Shown here: positions 32,117 through 41,484 of the stretch, one piece after another
Layout: each line of letters begins with the position of its first letter
Position numbering within the stretch: position 1 is the stretch's first letter
IMG/VR virus record: IMGVR_UViG_3300045988_092645
Coordinates: 1 to 50,347 of that record
Strand: one strand, 5' to 3'
DNA length: 50,347 bases
From: a virus
Made by a program: the position numbers and the translations under genes
The notes under the pieces: generated by a model
Told to the model about the DNA's origin: nothing
Databases searched by the model: none
What the model saw: only the letters and a program-made list of their open reading frames with translations

Positions 32117-32350
32117 TTACATAATATTTCCAATTTTTATCAATAATTTTCTGTGCTTATTTTTAACTGTTGATTCTGACATACCTAACATATCTGCTAT
32201 ATATCCTAATGACTTACCTTCTTTGTAATGCATTATAATAATTGTTTTATCTTCTTCGCTTGCCATTAGGTTTTCTAACATATTCTCAAAATCCTCCACA
32301 GAATCTATTTGTTTTAATTTCTTTCGAGTCAAGGCATTTTCTTTGTTCAT
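32117..32350 (-). CDS. sigma-70 region-4-like HTH protein (77 aa)
   Basis: EDKTIIIMHYKEGKSLGYIADMLGMSESTVKNKHRKLLIKIG matches the region 4.2 pattern (r.i..l.y.eg.s..EIA..lg.S..TVK...hRa...L). Confidence 0.65.
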   Translation of the reverse strand: MNKENALTRKKLKQIDSVEDFENMLENLMASEEDKTIIIMHYKEGKSLGYIADMLGMSESTVKNKHRKLLIKIGNIM

Positions 32351-32360
32351 GCCACCACCC

Positions 32361-32480
32361 CTATTTCATATACTTGCCGCAAGTTGGACAACGCTTTTGA
32401 CTCTGTTTCTTTCTTATTGATGTTGTATTTACTTTTCTTCTTGTTGTCACTCTCATTTTTCTTACATATGCTTTTGCCAT
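32361..32480 (-). CDS. small basic protein (39 aa, below the track cutoff)
   Basis: AGGUGA RBS. Translation MAKAYVRKMRVTTRRKVNTTSIRKKQSQKRCPTCGKYMK*. The stop lies 10 nt before the next gene. Confidence 0.35.
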   Translation of the reverse strand: MAKAYVRKMRVTTRRKVNTTSIRKKQSQKRCPTCGKYMK

Positions 32481-32526
32481 AATCTATCACCTACTTCTTT
32501 TCATTATGAACTGCATTGCCATTATA

Positions 32527-32775
32527 CTAATTTCCGCTTACATCATTATCATTGTACTCTGCATTTGCATTTTCACCTTCTGTTCCAACCTCAATCTTTT
32601 CTGTTGTAGTTGTCTCAAACTGTGATTCGTAATAAACAAAACCAGAATACCCAACAACTGCTTCTACAAACATTAAAACAATTAATAACACAATAATTTT
32701 ATCTTTTATTTTGTTAGACCTTGCATATTCTTTTTGTACATCCAGCAAAACTTTGTTTACTGTTTTTTCATCCAT
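32527..32775 (-). CDS. single-pass membrane protein
   Basis: TM IIVLLIVLMFVEAVVGYSGFVYY. The ATG at 32775 follows AGAGGUGAG. Confidence 0.5.
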   Translation of the reverse strand: MDEKTVNKVLLDVQKEYARSNKIKDKIIVLLIVLMFVEAVVGYSGFVYYESQFETTTTEKIEVGTEGENANAEYNDNDVSGN

Positions 32776-32786
32776 AAAACTCACCT

Positions 32787-33704
32787 CTAATCTGCATATC
32801 TTCTACATATAATTCTTAATGACCTTGTTGTTGGGTATTCATTTATTAAATCATACAGTGCCTTGCTAATTGTTATTTTTGCTGTGACGTTCCTTTGTGA
32901 ATTCGAATCAATTACATTCCTTATCTGATATGTAAAGTATTGTTTTATTGTTACGTTACCAAAATCATCTGGACTTACATAAGGTATTGGCGTGTATCTG
33001 TCATGGTTATAATCATAATACAAGCATTCTATCATAAACTTATTATTATTCCTTCCAAATATGTTACCATAACTAATAAATGCCGTTCCATTTGTATTTT
33101 GTGTAAAGTTTGTAGCAAGTGCACGTTCACTTTTTTGCCAATCCTTTGGTGTTAGGTTACTCATAGAACCTTCAAGCTCTTCTAAAGTTTGTTGTGCTTG
33201 ATTTGCTATTGTTTGTAAACTTTTTGGAGAGCCAACCATAAAATCTTCTCTCAAATCTGTTACTGATACACCATCTGATGTATAAGAAACAGTTCCCAAT
33301 AAGATTCCATATTGTGCATCTGTTTTTGGAACATTTGGCTGTTCATCTACTAAATCAAGCAATTCTACTCTCATTCTTCTATCAGCCGCAACATACATTA
33401 ATGCGATTGCTTTTGTTGTATTAACAGTTAAAGATATTTCCAAGTCCTGTTCATCGAGTATATACCAATACCCATTAATAAATGCCTTTCCCTCTTTAAT
33501 AAAAAGACTTGTTCCACTTGCATATGGCTTTAACCCTTGCACTGTTGTCTTGTCAATCGTTCCTGTTAATGTTTCCGAATCCTCAACATATATTCCATTC
33601 GGAATAAACAAACTTAAACAATCTGCAAAATCTTCGGCTTGATATGTTCTATCGTATGCACCATCTTGTAATCTTGCGTTAAAAAATCCACTTCTTTCTG
33701 CCAT
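32787..33704 (-). CDS. putative tail fibre / baseplate upper-type protein
   Basis: N-terminus MAERSGFFNARLQDGAYDRTYQAEDFADCLSLFIPNGIY is the conserved G-FFNS...DR-Y-A-DFA start of many Bacillota siphophage fibre proteins. Confidence 0.45.
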   Translation of the reverse strand: MAERSGFFNARLQDGAYDRTYQAEDFADCLSLFIPNGIYVEDSETLTGTIDKTTVQGLKPYASGTSLFIKEGKAFINGYWYILDEQDLEISLTVNTTKAIALMYVAADRRMRVELLDLVDEQPNVPKTDAQYGILLGTVSYTSDGVSVTDLREDFMVGSPKSLQTIANQAQQTLEELEGSMSNLTPKDWQKSERALATNFTQNTNGTAFISYGNIFGRNNNKFMIECLYYDYNHDRYTPIPYVSPDDFGNVTIKQYFTYQIRNVIDSNSQRNVTAKITISKALYDLINEYPTTRSLRIICRRYAD

Positions 33705-33729
33705 TTTGTTCTCCTTTCTCTTTTCTTTT

Positions 33730-33758
33730 ATTATAATAATATATTATAATTTTGTCAA
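33730..33758 (-). promoter_or_regulatory. sigma-A-type promoter inside the tail module
   Basis: -35 TTGACA (33753..33758), 17-nt spacer, -10 TATAAT (33730..33735). Confidence 0.6.
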
Positions 33759-33761
33759 GTT

Positions 33762-35429
33762 TTATTTTATTCTTTTCCAAATAAAACAAGTAATATATGG
33801 TTGTAAATTATTATGAGCTACCCCTTTTCCTGTACTTCCGATATTACGACCAACTGTTGCCCCACTATTAGAACTATGACACGTTACATGAGTATTTCCA
33901 CTATTATTTATTGTTATATTTGTACGTTTCGCATAGTTATCATGTGTATGTTGTGGCAACTCACTGACAACCAGTGTATGAGTTTTTTCTCCACCTACTT
34001 TGTTTACTGTATTAAAATCACTATCATTTTCATCGACTCCAACAAGTACCCTACCTTTAATTCGTTCCCATGTTCCACCCCATTTTTTATTAGGGTCAAA
34101 ACTTGAATCCATTGTTTCATATATCGAGCCAACTGGATAAAACATATTTAACAAATCAGAAATCTTTTTATCAATATACTTTATATTATTACTAATTTCC
34201 TCTACACTTGCACTCATTGTTCTTATGTCTTTTATTTCTGTCTTGTTTGCTTTCCCGTATTCAAATGTTATATCATTTATTATTTCATTATTTTGTAGCG
34301 TTGTGGTAACTTCTACAATTTGAGCATCTATTTCAATACCCAAATCTCTGTCTTGTATTGTCACCCAGTCTCCTAAATCATAATCTCTCATATAAACATA
34401 TCTTTGATTATGTTCATTTACTGTTGCCGAATATTCGTCCATAACAGCATTTTCTTGAAACTTTTCATATGCTCTCTGTTCTATCAATTTGTTATATTCT
34501 TCGTCAGTTAATGTGGTATCATCTTCACCTTCGCTCTGAATGTCTCTTGCATCTATCCATAACTCTTCTCTGCTCCATGCACTCTTTTTATTTTCTGAAT
34601 CCTTTTGAATCTCATACCATTTTCGCTCTACTCCTTCCCCCTCTCCTGCAATATAAGCCACATTCATATCACTTTCAGAATCATAGGAATAACTGGTTCT
34701 TTTTATGTTTGACAACGGCTTAGAAAATATAACTGTATTTAATCCATTGCCTCTTGTCCTGTCCGCTCCTGTTTTTATTTGCACTTCAAAACCTGCTACA
34801 TTTGACAATCCCGAAAGATGTTCTCCATACACGCTTGACAATTCAAATGTTTTATTTATTTTTGGTGCAATAACTATCCCTAATTTATATTGTTCAAAAT
34901 AATCAGACATTTCCTCCCATAACTGACCGCCTGTTATTTGTTTTGTTATGAATGTATCCTCATACAATTTATTGTCTTTCTGATAACTTATATTCATATC
35001 AACATAACGCTCTGTATTCTTCTCAAAACACCTTGTTATTAAATCTGTAACATATGCTATCAGCTCCATATTTTTATAATCAAAAGTACCTGCGATTACT
35101 CTCTTGGAAAATAAAAACGGCATTAATCTTCCTTCAACTTTTATTGTTGAAGGATAGTCCGCATCTTCATCATTCTCTTTTGAAACTTTTTCAATTTTTC
35201 CAAATACATTATGCAATGTATTCCAACTATCGCTTTTTGTTTTATCATTTGACATATACAATAAAACATAATATGTTTTTGTCTTATCTAGCAGAAACAA
35301 ATTTTCATCAACATATCTGGCATTAATAGAAAAAGTTCCAATATCTCTAAACTTGTTGCTCCACTGTGCCATTTCATATTGTCGCAACAAACCAACTCTT
35401 CTTAAATTCTCATTAAATATCCATAACAT
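33762..35429 (-). CDS. tail-associated (Tal-like) protein with a C-terminal tail-collar domain
   Basis: Prophage-tail-type N-terminus. C-terminal GGEKTHTLVVSELPQHTH...HNNLQPY (tail collar / MdpB-like). Confidence 0.65.
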   Translation of the reverse strand: MLWIFNENLRRVGLLRQYEMAQWSNKFRDIGTFSINARYVDENLFLLDKTKTYYVLLYMSNDKTKSDSWNTLHNVFGKIEKVSKENDEDADYPSTIKVEGRLMPFLFSKRVIAGTFDYKNMELIAYVTDLITRCFEKNTERYVDMNISYQKDNKLYEDTFITKQITGGQLWEEMSDYFEQYKLGIVIAPKINKTFELSSVYGEHLSGLSNVAGFEVQIKTGADRTRGNGLNTVIFSKPLSNIKRTSYSYDSESDMNVAYIAGEGEGVERKWYEIQKDSENKKSAWSREELWIDARDIQSEGEDDTTLTDEEYNKLIEQRAYEKFQENAVMDEYSATVNEHNQRYVYMRDYDLGDWVTIQDRDLGIEIDAQIVEVTTTLQNNEIINDITFEYGKANKTEIKDIRTMSASVEEISNNIKYIDKKISDLLNMFYPVGSIYETMDSSFDPNKKWGGTWERIKGRVLVGVDENDSDFNTVNKVGGEKTHTLVVSELPQHTHDNYAKRTNITINNSGNTHVTCHSSNSGATVGRNIGSTGKGVAHNNLQPYITCFIWKRIK

Positions 35430-35431
35430 AG

Positions 35432-36391
35432 CTACATTTCCCCAATATTAAAATACTGATTGTCATAATATAAAGTAACTTCTAATTGTCCTGTTGAACT
35501 ATCATCAACTTCATACATAACAATATTTTCACCTTTTTGTAACCGAAAGAAAGAACTATCTAATGTTATTTCTCCTATTAAGTCTTTTGTTTTCCCTTCG
35601 GAAGAATCATAATAATAAATGTCTTCTTCTCCATTATTTGTATTAATAACAATATAATCTTCCGTTTCAAAACTATCAACAACAACCGAATCAAACACTT
35701 TAATTTGTTCTCCTGTCGTAAGATTTCTTAGTGTTGGGCGTTTTACTGCTCCATTTATAACTTTCATTACTGCTACAAATCCTGCTTTTACATCCCCTGT
35801 ATTTTCTATCGTTTTTGTTATCGACAACTCTTCCACACCAATTATTATACCAGTTTCTTGCGGAATTGTCAGTGGAAAATGAAGTCTTTTATCAATATGT
35901 CTAAACTCTGATTTACTTCTTTCAACTTCAAAAAACATAGGGTTATAACAGGTGAATTCTGCTGTGAACAAACATAAAACCTCATTATTTTCGCTTTCCT
36001 TTACAGAATACTTTATTGGTTCATTTAATCGGCATTTTAAATAGTAATCTCCTGCAATTATCTCATAGTCATCATAGATATTTAGAAATCTATTCAATCT
36101 TGTTTTAAAACCTATTATGTCTTTCTCTTGCTCTTTGTAATAATTCTCCCATGTTGTTCCTGTTGATATTAATTTGTTTGATACTACATAGCCAATTAAC
36201 TTCGGTTTTCGTATGCCAACAACTGTGCTAGATATTGTTTCTCCTATCTGAAATGGTATTCTATAGGATTCATTAGAAATGGACGGATTATCCCAGTCCA
36301 TTTCATCAATAACAAACCCTGTTGAGCCATCTTTATTTATTGTTATGTTTTCTCCTGTTCTTTTGTTTTCTATAACAATCTCATTTATCAA
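35432..36391 (-). CDS. distal tail protein (Dit)
   Basis: Immediately follows the tape measure gene, typical size, TTG start 5 nt after GAGGUG. Confidence 0.55.
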   Translation of the reverse strand: MINEIVIENKRTGENITINKDGSTGFVIDEMDWDNPSISNESYRIPFQIGETISSTVVGIRKPKLIGYVVSNKLISTGTTWENYYKEQEKDIIGFKTRLNRFLNIYDDYEIIAGDYYLKCRLNEPIKYSVKESENNEVLCLFTAEFTCYNPMFFEVERSKSEFRHIDKRLHFPLTIPQETGIIIGVEELSITKTIENTGDVKAGFVAVMKVINGAVKRPTLRNLTTGEQIKVFDSVVVDSFETEDYIVINTNNGEEDIYYYDSSEGKTKDLIGEITLDSSFFRLQKGENIVMYEVDDSSTGQLEVTLYYDNQYFNIGEM

Positions 36392-36405
36392 AATATCACC
36401 TCTTT

Positions 36406-39400
36406 CTAAATACCATATAATAATTCTTTTTTGGCTTTTTTCATTTGCCTTGAATACTCATATGGGTTTGGCTTTGTGTTATAGAAATTAAATGTATCTC
36501 CCCCTTTATCTGTTTTATCTGTTCCTTGTTCTTTTGTTTTATCTACTTTTTCTCTCTGGTCACTTATTCTTTCAAATGTTGCACTATTCATTTCATTTAA
36601 TTGTTCTAACATTTCCAGAATGTCTGCCATGTCTTCTTTTATGCTTCCAAGACCATCTAGCATAGTCTCAAATGTATTTTTCATTATTATAACAAAACCT
36701 TGCATACTTGTCAAGATTGTTTCAATAATTTTACTAAATTCATTTTTATAAACCTCGAAAGAAACACCTACATTGATTTGTTTTGTATTAACATCTGACA
36801 ACTTATCTAATTCTGTTTCTAATTGTTCATTTACCTTCGGCATTTCATTTTTAAATCCAACTCCAACTCCCTGTGCAATAAAACCTCCAATTTCCGCAAA
36901 CACTCTTGATGGTGATTTTATCTTTAGTGTCTTTTTAGCTGTTACTGTTATTTTATCAAATTCCTTCTGGACATATTTTAAGAAATCTGGATATTTTGAT
37001 TTCATACCTTTTTTCAATCCGTATACAATGTTCTGTCCAATTTGTTTTGATGTATCTTCAACTCCAACACCTAATTTTTTTAAATCATTTTTATATGTCT
37101 GTTCTAATTTGTCAAGTTCTTCTCCTGCACTATTTACTAATGCCTTAATCTGATTTACATATGTTGTTTTATCTATTTCTCTAACTGCTTCTTTTGTTGC
37201 TAACTGTTGCTTTTCTTTCCACAGGCTGACATACTTATTTAGCTCTGTATCTGTCATACTATTTAATAACTTAATGTCTGCTAAAGAATCCACGCCTGCT
37301 TCCTGTAGTTCATCAATAAGACCTGTTGCAACCCCTCTCTTTCTAAGAGATTCTAATATACTCTCCCAATCTCTCAATCCACTAATTTGACTCTGTAAAT
37401 TATCAAGTAAACCTTGTTTTGTGTTTTCTGATTTACTTTCAAACTTTTTAAACAATGACAACTGGCTGTTTATTTGCTCTGCTCTTGATGTTACTGCGCT
37501 ATCATATTCAGACATAACTTTCTGAATATCTTCATTTAATTTTGTTTGTACTTCCTTAACATTTTTTGCATATTCCTTGTCTAGTTCTTCCATTTTTTTG
37601 TTTCGTTGCTTCTTTGCATCACTTAATTCTGCACTTATCTTTTTATACTTTGCTGTTCCCTTCTTAGATTGTTTTAACATCTTTGCCCAGAAATTTATTT
37701 CCAACTGCAAACTATATTTGTTGTGCTTCTTTAACTCATTTAATCTTTTATTTCCTGCACTAATGTACAACTTTGCTAACTGTTGTGCATTTTTCTTTGC
37801 GTTCTTCTTTTGTTTATTTACACCTTGTATAACACCCTTAACTATATTCTGTCCGACTTGTTCATCAAACACTTTTGATGGTGAATGAATACCTAATGCA
37901 TGTTTTGCTCCATCAACTATTCCTTTAAAAAAGCTTCTCACCCTTGAAACAAAAGAACTTCTCATTCTCTGAATACCGTTCCAAACTCCATTTACAATGT
38001 TTGCTCCAATAGAAACCATCTGCGAAGGTATTGACCTAGCTGTGTTTACAACACCACTTTTTAATTGATTTGCACCCTGTGCACCTTTGCTGTGCATCTT
38101 AGACACCCAAGAGGTTAGCTTGTGAATAACATTTGACAGGGTTTGCTGTATTTTACTAGGTAAACTCTTGATACCATTCACAACTCCATTGATAAAGCTT
38201 CTTCCTGCCTGTATAGCTTTCGTTCTCATACTTTTCGCCCATTTTGTTACGTTTTGAACAGCTTTTGTTAAAAAGTTTTGAACCTTACTTGGCAACTGTG
38301 TGAACCATTGTATAATAGCTTTTATAAATGCACTACCTGCTTTCTGTGCTTTTTGACCTACCTGTGTTGCAAATTGTGCTACCTTTTGAATAGCCTGCGT
38401 TAACCACGTCCATATCTTTGATGGTAACTGACTAAACCATTTAATGATGGCCGCTATATACTGTGGTAATTGTACTGTTGCAAATTTATATATACCTATC
38501 GCAAATTTAGCTATATAACCGATTCCGAGTCCTATTGCATATCCTAAATAATATGGTATCTGATTAAAAAATGTTATCATACTATTTATTGCATTTGGCA
38601 ATATTACTGTTACAAAATTCATAAAGGCTTCTGGTATTGTCACTGTAAAAAATCCAATAAAGCTGTCAACAATTCCTCCGACTAACTCAACAAAACTATT
38701 AAATGCTTCGGGAATTGTTTCTGTAAAAAATGCCACTACATTGTCTGCGAACCCTTGTATTGTTTCAACTGCTGAATCAATAAATTCTGGTAAAGTTTCT
38801 GTAAAAAATCCTCCAACTATTTCAAATGCACTATTTACTACTTCTGGTATTTGTTCAAAGACTTCAGATATTGTTTCAAAAAATGTTTGAAATACATCTG
38901 CTATATCTTCCAAACCTAGTGCACTCAATATGTTTGCTCCGAGTTCTCCAACTAACGACAATATGTTGCTTGCCAACCCTGTTATCCCTGTCAACAATCC
39001 ACTAAATATTGTTCCGATTCCTTTTGTAAACAAATATACATCGCCATTAATAATTCCAACGGCTGTTTTCACGATTCCCTCAATAATCGTCATGACAGAT
39101 TCTATTACTGTTGCTACCCCTTGAAAAGCATTTGTAAATAAAGGTGCTATTATGTTGCAAAACCCTACCCATAACGATTTGAGAACATTAATTACTCCCG
39201 AAAAATCTATATTCAAATTTGATAGTGTTTCTTTTATATTGTTTATCGACTCACCTATTTTTGTTTTAACTTCATCAAACACAGAACTTATTTTATTTCT
39301 AAATGTTTCATTTGTTTTCCACAATGTAACAAAAACCGCAACCAACACTCCAATAGTTGCAACAACCGAAAGAATAGGAGCTAACATCCCACTAAATCCT

Positions 39401-40818
39401 GCCATAAGACTTGATACGATTGCAGGAATACCACCCATCTGCATTGCCAAGCCTGCATAGCCTGCTCTCACAAGGTCGATTGATGTTTTTATTGTTTGTA
39501 ATGTTGTTCCAAATGTTTTAAAGGCTGTTACTGCCATCGAAACAAATTTAAACAATTTACTCATGATAAGCATAACTGGTCCGATAGCCGCCACAACTAA
39601 ACCAATCTTGACAATCATATCCTGTTGTGCATCTGTTAAATTATTAAATTTTGTTACTAACACATTAATGCCATCTGCTAACTTTCTGATATATGGTGTC
39701 AATCTTTGACCTATTACAATGCCTGCTCCTTCTAATGCGGATTGTAATAATGTTAAAGAACCTTTTAAATTATCTAATTGTGTTTCTGCTTGTTGTGCCG
39801 CTGAACCTGTTGCATCCTTCAACCCTGTTTTAAACTTGTCTACTGTTTTTGTTGTTGTCGCTGTCATTTTGTTAAAAGCGTTCATACCATATGTTGTAAA
39901 TATTTGATTTTTTGTTGCGTTTGCTTCTTCATCAGACATACCTGCAAAGGCTTTTGATAATTCATCCACAATATCATTAAAATCTCTGGCTTTTCCCGAA
40001 CCATCATATGCGGATATTCCCAATTCATCTAATGCCTTTTTTGCCTTTGATGTTGGAGTATAAATATCTGCCATTGCCCTAGCTAACATTGTAGATGCTT
40101 CTCCACCTGTTATGTTTTGCTCAGCTAATCTTAACAAACTTAATGTTGTGCTGTCAACACTTTGTTTATAATTGTTTGCTGTAGCCGAAACACCAGATAA
40201 AGCTTCTCCTAGTCCTTTAACATCGGTATTAGCCAATGTTGCTCCTTTTGCCATTAAATCAGCATACTTTTGGGCGTTATCCATTGAGTCTCCAAAACCT
40301 TTTACAGAAGCCGTTACATACGTTGCCGCACTGTCAAGACTCATTGCTCCTGCCGATGCCAAACTCAAAACCGTTGGGATTGCCTTAATAGATTCATCTG
40401 CTGACAAACCTGCTTGTGCTAATATATTTAATCCTTCTGCGGCTTCACTAGCTGTGTACTTTGTTGTAGCACCCATGTTTAAAGCCGTCTTTTTTAAATT
40501 CTCAAAATCTTTATTTCCATTTTTGATTTGTTTAGTCGTGATTCCCATTGTTGCCGCGACCTGTGACATAGCACTCTCAAATTTAGTTGCTACACCAACC
40601 GAAGCCGCACCAACACCAACAAGAGGGAGAGTCAAACCTTTTGTTAACCCTCCCCCTACTGTGGAAAATGCACTGCTCAAACCTTTTAACTTTTGTTCCG
40701 TTGTTGCTCCACTTGCTTGAAACACCTTTAAATCACTAATTGCAGACTTAAATCCACTCTTAAATTTACTTGTATCAAGTTCAAGAAAAGCAACTGCCGA
40801 ACCCATGTTCAAAGCCAT
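36406..40818 (-). CDS. tail tape measure protein (TP901-family core)
   Basis: 1470 aa. NMGATTKYTASEAAEGLNILAQAGLSADESIKAIPTVLSLASAG core, central hydrophobic repeats, long coiled coils. Confidence 0.9.
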   Translation of the reverse strand: MALNMGSAVAFLELDTSKFKSGFKSAISDLKVFQASGATTEQKLKGLSSAFSTVGGGLTKGLTLPLVGVGAASVGVATKFESAMSQVAATMGITTKQIKNGNKDFENLKKTALNMGATTKYTASEAAEGLNILAQAGLSADESIKAIPTVLSLASAGAMSLDSAATYVTASVKGFGDSMDNAQKYADLMAKGATLANTDVKGLGEALSGVSATANNYKQSVDSTTLSLLRLAEQNITGGEASTMLARAMADIYTPTSKAKKALDELGISAYDGSGKARDFNDIVDELSKAFAGMSDEEANATKNQIFTTYGMNAFNKMTATTTKTVDKFKTGLKDATGSAAQQAETQLDNLKGSLTLLQSALEGAGIVIGQRLTPYIRKLADGINVLVTKFNNLTDAQQDMIVKIGLVVAAIGPVMLIMSKLFKFVSMAVTAFKTFGTTLQTIKTSIDLVRAGYAGLAMQMGGIPAIVSSLMAGFSGMLAPILSVVATIGVLVAVFVTLWKTNETFRNKISSVFDEVKTKIGESINNIKETLSNLNIDFSGVINVLKSLWVGFCNIIAPLFTNAFQGVATVIESVMTIIEGIVKTAVGIINGDVYLFTKGIGTIFSGLLTGITGLASNILSLVGELGANILSALGLEDIADVFQTFFETISEVFEQIPEVVNSAFEIVGGFFTETLPEFIDSAVETIQGFADNVVAFFTETIPEAFNSFVELVGGIVDSFIGFFTVTIPEAFMNFVTVILPNAINSMITFFNQIPYYLGYAIGLGIGYIAKFAIGIYKFATVQLPQYIAAIIKWFSQLPSKIWTWLTQAIQKVAQFATQVGQKAQKAGSAFIKAIIQWFTQLPSKVQNFLTKAVQNVTKWAKSMRTKAIQAGRSFINGVVNGIKSLPSKIQQTLSNVIHKLTSWVSKMHSKGAQGANQLKSGVVNTARSIPSQMVSIGANIVNGVWNGIQRMRSSFVSRVRSFFKGIVDGAKHALGIHSPSKVFDEQVGQNIVKGVIQGVNKQKKNAKKNAQQLAKLYISAGNKRLNELKKHNKYSLQLEINFWAKMLKQSKKGTAKYKKISAELSDAKKQRNKKMEELDKEYAKNVKEVQTKLNEDIQKVMSEYDSAVTSRAEQINSQLSLFKKFESKSENTKQGLLDNLQSQISGLRDWESILESLRKRGVATGLIDELQEAGVDSLADIKLLNSMTDTELNKYVSLWKEKQQLATKEAVREIDKTTYVNQIKALVNSAGEELDKLEQTYKNDLKKLGVGVEDTSKQIGQNIVYGLKKGMKSKYPDFLKYVQKEFDKITVTAKKTLKIKSPSRVFAEIGGFIAQGVGVGFKNEMPKVNEQLETELDKLSDVNTKQINVGVSFEVYKNEFSKIIETILTSMQGFVIIMKNTFETMLDGLGSIKEDMADILEMLEQLNEMNSATFERISDQREKVDKTKEQGTDKTDKGGDTFNFYNTKPNPYEYSRQMKKAKKELLYGI

Positions 40819-40830
40819 GCTTTATTCCTC

Positions 40831-41064
40831 CTATATGTCTTTGTAAAAATCAGAAAAGTTTGTATAACTTCTCTCTTTTTCTTTCCCATTGTCTAATGTT
40901 ATCCAATGCGGAGTCTCTTTATTTTTAATCCGCATTAAAACATTAATGCAAGCTTCATTAAAACAATATGCCGTATATTCATCTTTGATAGACATTACCT
41001 CACTTGGCAAACAACCAAATTCTTTTGCAATCGCAATTACATTTTCGACGTTTCTAGTCTTCAC
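40831..41064 (-). CDS. tail assembly chaperone-associated ORF (gpT-like position)
   Basis: Overlaps the 3' end of the chaperone gene in the +1 frame. No RBS of its own. Confidence 0.4.
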   Translation of the reverse strand: MKTRNVENVIAIAKEFGCLPSEVMSIKDEYTAYCFNEACINVLMRIKNKETPHWITLDNGKEKERSYTNFSDFYKDI

Positions 41065-41470
41065 GAAAATTTTCTAAATTCTTTACCCCTGTCTGTGTGT
41101 AATTAAAAATAAACAACATTTGTTCATCAGTCAACTGAATACCTGCTTTTTTGATTTCCTTATATGTTGGTTGAACAAACACTTCTCCTGCTATTGTATC
41201 AATAACAGAAAAGATTTCCTTTAACATATTGTCATCAGAGGCGTTTACCGCTGTACCATCATTCATAAACAGTTCATTTGTTTTAACTAATAATTCGTTC
41301 GGAATTTTCCCATTTTTAGCCATTGCCAAAAGTGATGGCCTTTTAAGTTTTGCAACAAAAGGCTGTGTCGGTGCAAACGGTGGTAACTCAACTATTTCAC
41401 CTTGTGCATATTGTTTTAATTCTTCAATACTTGTTATCGCTAACTGTTCTCTATTTACTTCTACTGCCAT
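41054..41470 (-). CDS. tail assembly chaperone (gpG-like)
   Basis: Lies between the major tail and tape measure genes. Acidic, 138 aa. Confidence 0.55.
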   Translation of the reverse strand: MAVEVNREQLAITSIEELKQYAQGEIVELPPFAPTQPFVAKLKRPSLLAMAKNGKIPNELLVKTNELFMNDGTAVNASDDNMLKEIFSVIDTIAGEVFVQPTYKEIKKAGIQLTDEQMLFIFNYTQTGVKNLENFRED

Positions 41471-41484
41471 TCTCTTTTACTCCC

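Noticed and set aside
41066-41072. Canonical -1 programmed frameshift at A_AAU_UUU in the tail chaperone gene.
   Set aside because: The -1 frame hits UGA two codons later (AAA UUU UCG UGA), and the downstream ORF is in the +1 frame. Only a +1 event could fuse them, and that is reported separately at low confidence.
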